Positions 40,711-50,444 are shown, counted from the first letter of the stretch. The stretch is DNA of 64,000 bases from Spirochaetia bacterium (GCA_963666985.2 CAXXIA010000002.1:352001-416000); one strand, 5' to 3'. Notes: generated by a model not told the origin, from the letters alone. Numbers and translations are program-made.

Positions 40711-42137
40711 CGAAGAACGGCAGACACCGCCCCTATATCCGTATTCTTCTCTTCATCATCCTTCCGCTGACAATTTCCTGCGCATCCTCATCACCGGCCG
40801 ATCCGGCTTTCGAAAGGCTCTCGCCGGCAGCCGCGCCGATTTCACAAAAACCGGAACAAACCGCCGAATCGGCGGAAATGGCCGCCGCGGAAGAAAAACC
40901 GGTTTTCGATCCGCTTCTTACACTCGCCCAATACCCCCCGGTTGAAGCCGTCCGTGGTGTTGAATTCAGAGTATTTCCCCGGGATTCATCAATTCGGATA
41001 CTCCAAAACGAACAGCTCACGGATCTTATCCCGGTGAATCGAAGTAAAGACAAAGCGACGTTCAACACCGACGCGGGCGCCGTTCTCATCGAAGCGGAAG
41101 GATATCTTCCGCTGGTAATCCCCATGCCGCCGGGCGGCGGATATGTCGAGGCGAAACTGGAGCGATCCGGAATCTGCCTGAACGAGGTTGGTGAACTTTC
41201 CACCGAATACCAGCCCAAGAGCGTCCGCTTCACTCCGGACGGCCGATTTTTGTTTACCGCGCATCTCGGCGATAAAACGGCGTTGAGTCAGTACCGTATT
41301 GAGCCTTTCGAATGGATGCGCAACCTCGATGTTCCCGAAAACTACCAAGGAGACTCGGGATTCGTCGAAACTTTGATTTTGGAAGGCCGAGGTGAACTCT
41401 GGCTCTCCCAGATGAACAGAAATGCCGTTCATGTATTCAACCTCCGAACAGGACTGCACCAAGGCGTTATCAAACTGAGCGGTTCCTGGCCCAAGGTTCT
41501 GCTTGCCTCCGAAGATGAAACGAAAGTCTACGCCTCCTGCTGGATTTCCCAAACCGTCTCGGAAATCGACGTTGAAACCCGGAAAGAAATCCGCAGTTTC
41601 GATACCACGGGGATTCCCAGGGGCATGGCTTTCTCGCCGGACGGCAAAGATCTTCTCGTGGCGATTTTTTCAACATCCGCGGTAGACAGAATCAACCTGG
41701 AACAAGGCGAGAGGACGGCAACGCATGATGCCGCGCCGGGGCATGCTTACGCGATGCGTCACATCGTCCATGACCAGAGGCGCGGTGAGTATTACATTAC
41801 GGCCATGGGAGTAGGACGGGTTTACCGTCTTTCCGAAGAAGGCGAGTGGCTCGGCTGGTGGCCGGTCGGTGAAAAACCGAATACCTGCGCGATGAGCCCC
41901 GACGGGCGATACCTCTTCGTATCATGCCGCGGTCCGAACAATCCCGATACGGGGTATCTCACATGCGGTTACGAATACGGAAAGATCTTCATTATCGATT
42001 TGGAAAGCGGTGAATCGAAGGACTGGATATGGGGACGGGATCAGCCGACGGGACTGGATGTGAGCCCGAACGGAAATTACCTGGCCTTTACCGATTTTCT
42101 CACGCATAACGTGGAGTTATACCGAATAACGAAATAA
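40707..42137 (+). CDS. YncE/YVTN-like beta-propeller lipoprotein
   Basis: Lipobox TISC; repeated (F/M/V)(S/T)PDG/PNG blades. Confidence 0.75.
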   Translation: MTKNGRHRPYIRILLFIILPLTISCASSSPADPAFERLSPAAAPISQKPEQTAESAEMAAAEEKPVFDPLLTLAQYPPVEAVRGVEFRVFPRDSSIRILQNEQLTDLIPVNRSKDKATFNTDAGAVLIEAEGYLPLVIPMPPGGGYVEAKLERSGICLNEVGELSTEYQPKSVRFTPDGRFLFTAHLGDKTALSQYRIEPFEWMRNLDVPENYQGDSGFVETLILEGRGELWLSQMNRNAVHVFNLRTGLHQGVIKLSGSWPKVLLASEDETKVYASCWISQTVSEIDVETRKEIRSFDTTGIPRGMAFSPDGKDLLVAIFSTSAVDRINLEQGERTATHDAAPGHAYAMRHIVHDQRRGEYYITAMGVGRVYRLSEEGEWLGWWPVGEKPNTCAMSPDGRYLFVSCRGPNNPDTGYLTCGYEYGKIFIIDLESGESKDWIWGRDQPTGLDVSPNGNYLAFTDFLTHNVELYRITK

Positions 42138-42188
42138 CAACGGGGCGCACCGATCGGTTTCCCATTAAGGTTTTTACCATCAGCGATC

Positions 42189-43154
42189 TTAACGCCGCAC
42201 TTCTCCCAAACGCGCCGCAACCCTTAACGCGAGAGCCAGCGACGCACGCTTTGCCTCTTGTGAATCCGAACGGCTGGTCAGAACAACGGGAATCGAAGCT
42301 CCGGCCAGAATGCCCGCGGCCCGGGCCCCGGCAAACACCGTCAAAGACTTATATAGGATATTGCCCGCGTCGAGGTTCGGCGCCAAATAAATATCCGCCC
42401 GGCCGGCGACGGAACTCTTCAGCCCCTTGATCCGCGCGGCTTCGGCCGAAGCCGCCACATCCAGAGCGAATGGGCCCTCAGCCACCGCATCCCCGAGTCC
42501 GCCGCCGTTCACCCAGTCGGCCAGAGCCGCGGCATCCGCGGTACTGGGGATTTTATCATTCACCTTCTCCACCGGCGCCAGAAGAGCAATCCGGGGAGCG
42601 GAGAAATCCAGAGCCCGGGCAATCGTCACAGCATTAAACAGGATGCGCTTCTTCGCCTCCAAATCCGGTGCGATGTTGATCGCCGCATCGGTGAGCAGAA
42701 AGGGTTTCCCGTTACGGGGATCCTCGAAGAGCACGAGATGACTCAAAAGCGCATTCCCGCCGATCAGTCCCTCTTCCTTATCCAAAATCGCTCGGGTAAA
42801 CGAAGCCGTTCCCACATGGCCCTTCATAATCACACCCGCCTGTCCGCGGGCGCAGAGCCGAACGGCCTCGCGGCAGTATCCCGCCTCGGATCCGTTCAAC
42901 GACTTCTCGGGTTCCAGAATAACGGCCCCCGAGAGATCCGCTCCGGCCTTCGCGGCGGCGGCTTCGACGGCCTCTCCGTCTCCCACAAGGATGAATGAAA
43001 TCCCCGCCTTATACCCCGCCTTATACCCCGCCGAGACCATTCCCATTACCGCCTCATCGTCACCGCCGGCAACGGCGACGGTTCTCTCCGGCCCGCCGGA
43101 ATCCCTCAAATCCGTATGTTCCGAATTGAAAGCCGTCAGTTCTTCGAAAGTCAT
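42189..43154 (-). CDS. ptb: Phosphate butyryl/branched-chain acyltransferase
   Basis: IMKGHVGT, TDAAINIAPDL, GPFALDVA, PNLDAGNILYK, LTSRSDS. Confidence 0.9.
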   Translation of the reverse strand: MTFEELTAFNSEHTDLRDSGGPERTVAVAGGDDEAVMGMVSAGYKAGYKAGISFILVGDGEAVEAAAAKAGADLSGAVILEPEKSLNGSEAGYCREAVRLCARGQAGVIMKGHVGTASFTRAILDKEEGLIGGNALLSHLVLFEDPRNGKPFLLTDAAINIAPDLEAKKRILFNAVTIARALDFSAPRIALLAPVEKVNDKIPSTADAAALADWVNGGGLGDAVAEGPFALDVAASAEAARIKGLKSSVAGRADIYLAPNLDAGNILYKSLTVFAGARAAGILAGASIPVVLTSRSDSQEAKRASLALALRVAARLGEVRR

Positions 43155-44554
43155 TTCCGGTACTCCTTAGCCTCTTCCTCGCCGGAGAGAATCCGGAGGG
43201 CGCCCTCGGCCAGAGCCTCCATTTCCCGTTCTCCCGGGACGATCTCAACCGGGGCCATCCAGCCGCAGAGGGCCCGCAGCCGATCGGTTAATGCTTCACT
43301 GTACGCCATGCCGCCGGTAAAGATGATCGCATCGATCCGGCCTTCCAGCGTCGCGCCGTGGGCGCAGACGGCCTGGGCGATTTGACGGCACATCGCCTCG
43401 AAAACCACGGACGCGGGGGGACGGCCGATATCAATGGAAGTGCCGGAGAGAACCGTCCGGATTCGCCCGGCCGAGGATGCCTCCGGACATCCGGAAGGCG
43501 ACGCACCCGCCTCTTTCGCCTCTTCCCCCTTTACAGCCTTTACCGTCTCCGCACTCTCCGCTTCCGCCGCAACACTTTCCGCCGCAGCAGCAGTTTCAGC
43601 CTCCGCCCGACGGATAAGTTCCCGCAAATCGTTCGTACCGCAATACGCCACCAGCCCGCCGCCGCCTTTAATCATTCGGCGAATCTCGCTCTCGGACTTT
43701 CCCGAATGAAAGCAGAGCGACACAACCTGTCCGACCGGCAGAGTGCCGCTTCGCTCCGGGGTGAACGGACCGTCTCCGTCCAGACCGTTGTTGACGTCGA
43801 TCACCTTCCCGCCGACGTGCGCGCCGACGGTAATGCCGCCCCCCATATGGACCACGATAAAACGGCAGTCCTCATAGGCCTTACCGAGCCGGCGTGCCGT
43901 AAGACGCGCCACGCTCCTCTGGTTCAGGGCGTGAAACACACTGCGCCGCGGTAAATCCGGATGTCCCGAGAGACGGGCCGCGTCGTCCAGTTCATCCACC
44001 ACCACCGGATCGACGATGAAGGCGGGACAATCGGAACGGTCGGCGATTTCCCGCGCCAGCGGAGCTCCGAGATTGCTGGCATGCTCGCCGTAGCGTCCGC
44101 TTCTTAAATCGGAAAGAAGATCCGGTCCGACCGTATAAACCCCGCCCTCAAGAGGACGAAGCAGCCCCCCGCGGCCCACCACCGCATCGAGATTACGTTC
44201 AACACAGCCCTTCTCCCTTAAAAACCGCCTGATAACGGCTTCACGGAAAAAAAGCTGATCCAAAAGGCGTTCGAAAGCGGCAAGATCTTCCGTACCGTGT
44301 TCAACGGATGCTTCGGCGGTCTTTTCGGGACCGAGAAATAAAGCGACTTTGGTTGATGTTGATCCGGGATTAATCACCAGGATGCGCGGACGAACTTCTC
44401 CCCGCAAAGCCGCGATCGAAGGCGCCGCCGAAACCTCGCCGCCGAGTCCCCTGGAAACAGTCCTTTTGCCGGAAGGCGCATTGGAGGCTGAAGCTTCAAC
44501 ACCGCGCTTATCCCGAATCGGCTTCCCGGAAGAAGATTCAGATGCGGCCGGCAT
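43151..44554 (-). CDS. buk: Butyrate (branched-chain carboxylate) kinase; start uncertain; internal insertion
   Basis: ILVINPGSTSTK, GRGGLL, EHASNLG, HALNQ, HMGGGITV, GPFTPERSG. Confidence 0.9.
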   Translation of the reverse strand: MPAASESSSGKPIRDKRGVEASASNAPSGKRTVSRGLGGEVSAAPSIAALRGEVRPRILVINPGSTSTKVALFLGPEKTAEASVEHGTEDLAAFERLLDQLFFREAVIRRFLREKGCVERNLDAVVGRGGLLRPLEGGVYTVGPDLLSDLRSGRYGEHASNLGAPLAREIADRSDCPAFIVDPVVVDELDDAARLSGHPDLPRRSVFHALNQRSVARLTARRLGKAYEDCRFIVVHMGGGITVGAHVGGKVIDVNNGLDGDGPFTPERSGTLPVGQVVSLCFHSGKSESEIRRMIKGGGGLVAYCGTNDLRELIRRAEAETAAAAESVAAEAESAETVKAVKGEEAKEAGASPSGCPEASSAGRIRTVLSGTSIDIGRPPASVVFEAMCRQIAQAVCAHGATLEGRIDAIIFTGGMAYSEALTDRLRALCGWMAPVEIVPGEREMEALAEGALRILSGEEEAKEYRK

Positions 44555-45956
44555 GGAACTCCTCGGCAAGGCGGACAAGCTCAAGATTCACATCGGCCAG
44601 TTCCTTCTTTTTAAGCGACTTCGGAATAACCGTTTTCAGCGTCTCAATTCCGGGCGTGCCCGTTTCCAGAAGGAACAGGGAAAGCATCACGATATTGGCG
44701 CCTTTCATGAAACCCGCTTCGGCGGCCATGGCGCTGACCGGCGCATAAAGAACCTTTACATCGTCGCGTTTCACGCGATTTTTCACCAGCGAACTGTTGA
44801 CGAAAATCAGGCCCCCCGAAACCACGGTATCCTCGAAAGCCTCCAATGACGGACCGTTCATCGCCAAAAGGGCCGTGGGTTTATCCACCACGGGAGAGGC
44901 GACCGGTTCATGGGAAAGCACGATTCCGGCATTGGCGGTTCCGCCCCGCATCTCCGGACCATAAGAAGGAAGCCATGTCGCCTCCAAGCCTTCGGCTATG
45001 GCCGCGTTGGCAAGCAGCGTTCCGGCCGACATCACGCCCTGTCCGCCGAATCCCGCGATTTTCACCCGGCCCTCGCCGTCAAGAGAGGCTCCCTTCAGCG
45101 TTTCTTCGCCGCTTTCGGCTCCCAGAAGTTCCCTGAGCTCTTTATCTTCCAGGAAAGGAAGCCGCCCTGTTCCCCGCGTTCCCTCTTCTCTGTTTCTGAA
45201 GGATTTCACTTCAAAAATCTTCTCCAGTGATTCCTTCATCCAGGAACGCGCTTTTATCGGAGTCATCTTCCAGCCCACGGGGCAGGGAGAGAGAATCTCC
45301 ACGAAACTGAAGCCTCTCCTTTCCACCTGGTTTGCGAGGGCTTTTCGAATCGCTTTGCGCGTTTTCAGAACTCCCGCCGAGTCGGAAAGACTGCAGCGTT
45401 CAATAAACGCCGGACCGTCCAGGGCGTTGAGCATTTCGGCCATATGGATGGGACCGCCTTCACGATCCGCCAGACGCCCGAGCGGCGTCGTCATCGTTTC
45501 CTGCCCCAAAAGCGTCGTCGGCGCCATCTGTCCGCCCGTCATGCCGTAGATGGCGTTGTTTACGAAAAAAACGGCCATGTTTTCGCCGCGGTTGGCCGCA
45601 TGGACGATTTCCGCGGTGCCGATCCCGGCCAAATCCCCATCGCCCTGATAAGAAATAACAATGGCTTCGTCCAGACTCCGAGCCACGCCGGTTCCCACGG
45701 CGGGCGCTCGGCCGTGGGCGCACTGAATGTTCCCGGTATCGAAATAGTAGTAGCCGAACACAGAACAGCCCACCGGCGAAAGAAAAACCGTCCGGTCGCG
45801 AATCCCCATGTCCGCCAGGGCCTCGGCGATGAGTTTATGAACCGATCCGTGGCCGCAGCCCGGACAGTAATGCGTCGTCCGGGCGGCCGGTCCGTCCTGC
45901 GGGCTTTTTCGAAAGAAGGTCTCATAAAACCCCTTCGGCTTGGCATGCTTAACCAT
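44538..45956 (-). CDS. 2-oxoacid:ferredoxin oxidoreductase, fused beta (TPP-binding) and gamma subunits
   Basis: YCPGCGHG, QGDGDLAGIG...NN, then GFGGQGVM and WLPSYGPEMRGGTAN. Confidence 0.92.
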   Translation of the reverse strand: MVKHAKPKGFYETFFRKSPQDGPAARTTHYCPGCGHGSVHKLIAEALADMGIRDRTVFLSPVGCSVFGYYYFDTGNIQCAHGRAPAVGTGVARSLDEAIVISYQGDGDLAGIGTAEIVHAANRGENMAVFFVNNAIYGMTGGQMAPTTLLGQETMTTPLGRLADREGGPIHMAEMLNALDGPAFIERCSLSDSAGVLKTRKAIRKALANQVERRGFSFVEILSPCPVGWKMTPIKARSWMKESLEKIFEVKSFRNREEGTRGTGRLPFLEDKELRELLGAESGEETLKGASLDGEGRVKIAGFGGQGVMSAGTLLANAAIAEGLEATWLPSYGPEMRGGTANAGIVLSHEPVASPVVDKPTALLAMNGPSLEAFEDTVVSGGLIFVNSSLVKNRVKRDDVKVLYAPVSAMAAEAGFMKGANIVMLSLFLLETGTPGIETLKTVIPKSLKKKELADVNLELVRLAEEFHAGRI

Positions 45957-46998
45957 GGAGATCCTCCTTTACCCGCGAAATCAATTCCTCGTCCGTGGGA
46001 ACTATGCCGCCGAACCAATTGTACTTACGCACGGGACAGGCACCCTTCACCGCCACTTCCGCGTCGACGGCCATCATACCGTTGTTGAGCTCCGCCACGG
46101 CCAGACCTTTTAAACCGCCTGCGAGCTCGGCGATCCTCTCCGAGGGGAAAGGGAACAGTGTTTTCGGCCGAAGAAGACCGACGGGCAGCCCCTCCCGCCG
46201 CATCCGCCGAACGGCGCTCGTGGCGATTCGCGAGGTAATGCCGAAAGCCACCAACAAAAATTCCGCTCCCTCTGTTTCCACTTCTTCCCAATCGGTCAAA
46301 TCACGCTCAACGCGCGCGTATTTCTCCTGAAGATGAAGATTGAGTTCCGACATCCCCTTCTGATTCATAACGATGGATGAAACAAGGTTTTCGCGGCTCT
46401 CGGCATCGGCATACAGGGCCCACCCTTTTCGGGCGCCGTGACGCACGGTTTCGGGGAATCCGACGGGCTCCATCATTTGCCCGATGTAAGCATCGGAAAG
46501 AATGATGACCGTCATCCGGTAAGCATCCGCGATGTCGAAGGCGCGGTACGCGAAATCCGTCATTTCCTGTCCGGAAGACGGTGCGAGAACGATATTCTTA
46601 AAGGCCCCGTGCCCCCCTCCCCTGCAGCACATATCGTAGTCGGACTGCTCGGGCCAGATGTTTCCCAATCCGGGACCGGCCCGCTGAACATCGACAAGAA
46701 CCGCGGGCAGTTCGGCTCCCGCCATGTAGCTGATTCCCTCAAGCATCAGTGATATTCCAGGTCCCGAGGATGCACTCATCACACGGGCTCCGGCCGAAGC
46801 GGCGCCGTAAATCATGTTGATGGCGCTGGTCTCGCTCTCGGCCTGAAGGAACGTGCGTCCGGAGCGTGTAAACAAATCGGCGGCTCCGTGAGCGATTTCA
46901 CTCGCCGGAGTGATGGGGTATCCGAAAAAATGAGTGGCTCCGCCCAGAAGAGCTCCGCGGACTATGGCCTCGTTTCCTTTAATCAGCGTCTTTCTCAT
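45949..46998 (-). CDS. vorB: 2-oxoacid:ferredoxin oxidoreductase alpha subunit (2-oxoisovalerate/VorB-like)
   Basis: KGNEAI, GYPITPASE, QAESE, SSGPGISL, RAGPGLG; GGAGG RBS upstream of 46998. Confidence 0.85.
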   Translation of the reverse strand: MRKTLIKGNEAIVRGALLGGATHFFGYPITPASEIAHGAADLFTRSGRTFLQAESETSAINMIYGAASAGARVMSASSGPGISLMLEGISYMAGAELPAVLVDVQRAGPGLGNIWPEQSDYDMCCRGGGHGAFKNIVLAPSSGQEMTDFAYRAFDIADAYRMTVIILSDAYIGQMMEPVGFPETVRHGARKGWALYADAESRENLVSSIVMNQKGMSELNLHLQEKYARVERDLTDWEEVETEGAEFLLVAFGITSRIATSAVRRMRREGLPVGLLRPKTLFPFPSERIAELAGGLKGLAVAELNNGMMAVDAEVAVKGACPVRKYNWFGGIVPTDEELISRVKEDLHG

Positions 46999-46999
46999 C

Positions 47000-47140
47000 G
47001 AAAATCCCTCCATAAAAGATGGATTTGGTTTGGAGAGAAGGAGTGGGGAACGCAGAAAGCGCAATGTAGCTGAGCTACATGAGCATTTCGAGTACTCCAT
47101 GACACACTATCCGGACCAAAGACGCTTTTAAAAAATTTTC
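47000..47140. repeat. ~140-nt nested palindromic intergenic element
   Basis: GAAAAT/ATTTTC, TAAAAG/CTTTTA, TTTGGT/ACCAAA, GGAGT/ACTCC, with an apical ATGTAGC-tga-GCTACAT. Confidence 0.65.
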
Positions 47141-47362
47141 TCATGCGTCCGCTCCCTTTATTACCGTCAACACCCCCGGTTCCGGGCAAACGTAAAAACA
47201 AAGCCCGCAGGCCGTACAGCCTTTCTGACTGAACCGAACGGCCTGATAACCCAAAACATTGATATCGCTTCCCAATGAAAGACAGTGCTTCGGGCATGTC
47301 TCCACGCAGACACGGCATGCTTTACAGAGATCGGAATTCACATCGACATAATTTCCGGCCAC
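47141..47362 (-). CDS. 2[4Fe-4S] ferredoxin (oxidoreductase delta subunit)
   Basis: CKACRVCVETCP and CTACGLCFYVCP; GTG start with GGAGGAG RBS. Confidence 0.92.
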   Translation of the reverse strand: MAGNYVDVNSDLCKACRVCVETCPKHCLSLGSDINVLGYQAVRFSQKGCTACGLCFYVCPEPGVLTVIKGADA

Positions 47363-47446
47363 CGACTCCTCCTCATCATGATGAATTTCTCCGGCGCTTC
47401 CGGCCGACTTTGAAAAAATGAGTCTTTTCCCAAAGCGGCGCGGCGC

Positions 47447-47980
47447 TTATATGGCGGAAAAGAGTTCTTCTTCTCCCTCTCCGAAATAATTGATGCTGCT
47501 CAGACTTTCACTCACGCCGTCGGCGATGCGCTCAACATCGATATGATGCCCGGGACAGCCCAGTTTCCCGCAGACAATGATGGAATTTCTTCCTCCGGGA
47601 AGACGAAGTTCAATGCCGTGAGTTTCCCCGCATCCCTCAATAGGACATTTCCACGGCACCATCAGACTTGATGAGTCGGCGGGACTAAACGCCTCAATGG
47701 TCTTTCCGCTCGAAAAATCCGGAATAAAACTGTAGAGCTTGGCATGGCTTCCCCAATAGGCATCCACGAAGATAACTCCTTCGGAATTGCCGACCCGGAC
47801 ATGGAGTTTAATCGAAGGCTCACCGTGAATATGAACGGCCTCATCCATCAGACTATTGCCGTTTAAGTCTTCTACACGGTCCATGACCAAATAGGGATGC
47901 CCCTTTCGGCTGACCAGCTTAATTCCGTCCGGGAGAACCCGCAGGAATTCCATCGGGATGTCTTTCGGCGTCAGTTCCAC
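47447..47980 (-). CDS. Hypothetical Cys/His-containing protein heading the vor-buk-ptb operon
   Basis: 177-aa ORF with AGGAGG RBS; CPIEGC and CGKLGCPGHH motifs. Confidence 0.7.
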   Translation of the reverse strand: MELTPKDIPMEFLRVLPDGIKLVSRKGHPYLVMDRVEDLNGNSLMDEAVHIHGEPSIKLHVRVGNSEGVIFVDAYWGSHAKLYSFIPDFSSGKTIEAFSPADSSSLMVPWKCPIEGCGETHGIELRLPGGRNSIIVCGKLGCPGHHIDVERIADGVSESLSSINYFGEGEEELFSAI

Positions 47981-48265
47981 GTTTTTCCTCCTTAAAGAAG
48001 TATAGAACGACCGCGGACACGCTTAAAAGAAAAATATTCGTTAATTCCAGTTTATATTCTTCTGCCGAAATGGGCCCAAAAGGCATCCGGAAGACTTTTT
48101 TCGTTAATCCCGAAAATAAGAAGTACCGAATAAACGAAATGCCGAGGCGTCAAACGAATACCCGCCGCCGCGCGGGATTCCGGAAGACGGTATATCGAAC
48201 TTGACCCGCCTTCCCGCCGGCCTTACCTTTAAGCCTGGCGTCCCAAACCGACGCCAGGAGGTTTC

Positions 48266-49294
48266 ATGGCAGATCAGAAAATCACTCCCGAAAAGTCCAA
48301 GAACCGTAAATTAAACAGCGGAATGCTCTTGGGGATTATAATTGCCGTTATCGTACTCATCGCCGTCGTCTCCAGTTTTTACACAGTGAACGCCAATGAA
48401 CGGGCGGTTGTTACCCGATTCGGCCGGTATCATGCCACCATGGAAGAAGGTCTTCAATGGAAACTGCCGTTCGGTATCGATCAGGTAACGAAAGTCACCC
48501 AGAAAGTTCTCTCAAAGCAGTTCGGATTTCGAACTCTGCAGGCCGGTGTTTCAACGACTTACGACCAGAAGGACTACTCGCATGAATCCGAAATGCTCAC
48601 CGGCGATCTGAACATCGTCGATGTAACGTGGATTATCGAGTATCGCATCACCGACCCGAAAGCCTGGCTGTTCAATGTGGACGACCGCCGCTTCTCCGGC
48701 GGAGACCGCTACGAAGACAACAGGGACAAGACGCTGCGGGATATTACCCAGTCGGTCATGAACCAGCTCGTCGGCGACCGCGCCATTCTCGACGTTATGA
48801 GCAACGAACGGGACAACATCGAATTTCAGGCTCTGGAGAAAATCCAGGAAAATCTCGATTTCTTCGAACTCGGCGTAAAATTGACGAAAGTCCGCATGCA
48901 GCAGGTTGTTCCTCCCGAAGGCGAAGTTCAGGACGCGTTTGAGGATGTCAACAAAGCCACTCAAGACAGAGAACGGCTCATCAATGAAGGGGAACAAGCC
49001 TATTACGCCGAGATTCCCCGCATCGAAGGCGAAGCCAAACAGCTCCTCGCGGAAGCCGAAGGATACCGTCAGTCCCGCATCAACAAGGCGAACGCCGAGG
49101 TGGCCCTTTTCCAGGCGATTTATGACGAATACAACCGCTCGCCCCGTTCAAAACAGGTTACCCGTGACCGGCTTTACTACGAGATGCTTACGGAGGTTCT
49201 CCAGAAAAGCGACAACACCGATCTTATCGACAGAGGACTGGAAAACTTCCTGCCTCTGAAAAATATCGGAACGGGAACCGGGGAGGGCCGCTAA
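48266..49294 (+). CDS. hflK: FtsH protease modulator HflK
   Basis: TM anchor plus SPFH domain; MLTGDLNIV, VQDAFEDV, TRDRLYYE. Confidence 0.93.
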   Translation: MADQKITPEKSKNRKLNSGMLLGIIIAVIVLIAVVSSFYTVNANERAVVTRFGRYHATMEEGLQWKLPFGIDQVTKVTQKVLSKQFGFRTLQAGVSTTYDQKDYSHESEMLTGDLNIVDVTWIIEYRITDPKAWLFNVDDRRFSGGDRYEDNRDKTLRDITQSVMNQLVGDRAILDVMSNERDNIEFQALEKIQENLDFFELGVKLTKVRMQQVVPPEGEVQDAFEDVNKATQDRERLINEGEQAYYAEIPRIEGEAKQLLAEAEGYRQSRINKANAEVALFQAIYDEYNRSPRSKQVTRDRLYYEMLTEVLQKSDNTDLIDRGLENFLPLKNIGTGTGEGR

Positions 49295-49296
49295 AG

Positions 49297-50304
49297 ATGA
49301 ATAAAAACATCAAAGTTTTCGTTACCATCATTATCATCGTCATCGTCGTCGTCATCCTCAGACCCTTCTTCATCCTTCCCGAAGGCGAACAGGCCGTCGT
49401 AACCCGATTCGGAAAAATCGCCAAGGTGCATACGGAAGCGGGCCTGAAGCTGAAAGTTCCCGCCGTGGATCAAATTACACGGTACTCCAAGAAAATCCTT
49501 TCCTGGGACGGAGATCCTCAGCGTCTGCCCACCAGCGAACAGCAGTACATCTGGGTGGATACCACGGCCAGATGGCGCATCGTCGACCCGAAAGTGTTCT
49601 ACCAGCGGGTTACCGAAATGGACGAGGCCTATGCCAGGCTGGATAACGTAATCGAATCGGCCGTAAAAACGGTCGTGGCCCAATATCCGCTGACCGAATC
49701 GGTCCGCTCCTCGAACATCATCCTGGAGTCCGGTACCGCCATACTGAACTTCCGATCGGAAGATTCCGGCAATGCCGGAAAAAACGGCGACGGCGCTTCA
49801 TCCGCGGAAGAAGACAGCGTTAACGAACTTTTGGCCAATGCTTTCGCCCCCATCGATTTCGGACGGGAGCAGCTCTCGGAAGAAATGATCGAACGCTCTC
49901 AAGGCTCCATGCCCGAGTACGGGATTGAACTTCTGGACGTGGTGATTCGCCAAATTCGCTATTCCGACGATTTAACCCAATCCGTGTACGACAGAATGAT
50001 TTCCGAACGCCAGAAAGTGGCCACCGGTTTCCGCTCCGACGGAAACGGGCGAAAAGCGGAATGGCTCGGCATGCTGAACCGCGACCGGGATATCAAGCTT
50101 TCCGAAGCGGAAACCCAGGCCGCAAAAATCCGCGCGGAAGGAGACGAAGAAGCGGCAAGAATCTACTCGGAAGCCTACAGCGCCGATCCCGAATTCTACA
50201 AATTCTGGAAAGCCATGGAATCCTACAGAAAAGTATTGCCGGCGCAGAAGAAAGTGCTGAGCACGGATATGGAATTCTTCGACTATCTGTACGAATCGGA
50301 CTGA
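49297..50304 (+). CDS. hflC: FtsH protease modulator HflC
   Basis: SPFH domain; VYDRMISER, DPEFYKFWKAMESY; follows hflK. Confidence 0.93.
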   Translation: MNKNIKVFVTIIIIVIVVVILRPFFILPEGEQAVVTRFGKIAKVHTEAGLKLKVPAVDQITRYSKKILSWDGDPQRLPTSEQQYIWVDTTARWRIVDPKVFYQRVTEMDEAYARLDNVIESAVKTVVAQYPLTESVRSSNIILESGTAILNFRSEDSGNAGKNGDGASSAEEDSVNELLANAFAPIDFGREQLSEEMIERSQGSMPEYGIELLDVVIRQIRYSDDLTQSVYDRMISERQKVATGFRSDGNGRKAEWLGMLNRDRDIKLSEAETQAAKIRAEGDEEAARIYSEAYSADPEFYKFWKAMESYRKVLPAQKKVLSTDMEFFDYLYESD

Positions 50305-50406
50305 CATGCGGCAATTCACCGCCGCGATGATTCATCGCGGCGATGCGGAAGAAGGCCGCGTATGCAGGGCTTCAGGCCCCGCGGAATCCTTCCGCCGCAT
50401 CCACCT

Positions 50407-50444
50407 AAAAAAAACAGCCGCCTCATGCCGAGCGGCTGTTTTTT
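50407..50444. terminator. Bidirectional rho-independent terminator
   Basis: A8-CAGCCGC-loop-GCGGCTG-T6 between convergent genes. Confidence 0.82.

Noticed and set aside
46999..47100. Longer alpha-subunit start at 47100
   Set aside because: It runs through the palindromic element; a GGAGG RBS and the family N-terminus (KGNEA) support 46998.
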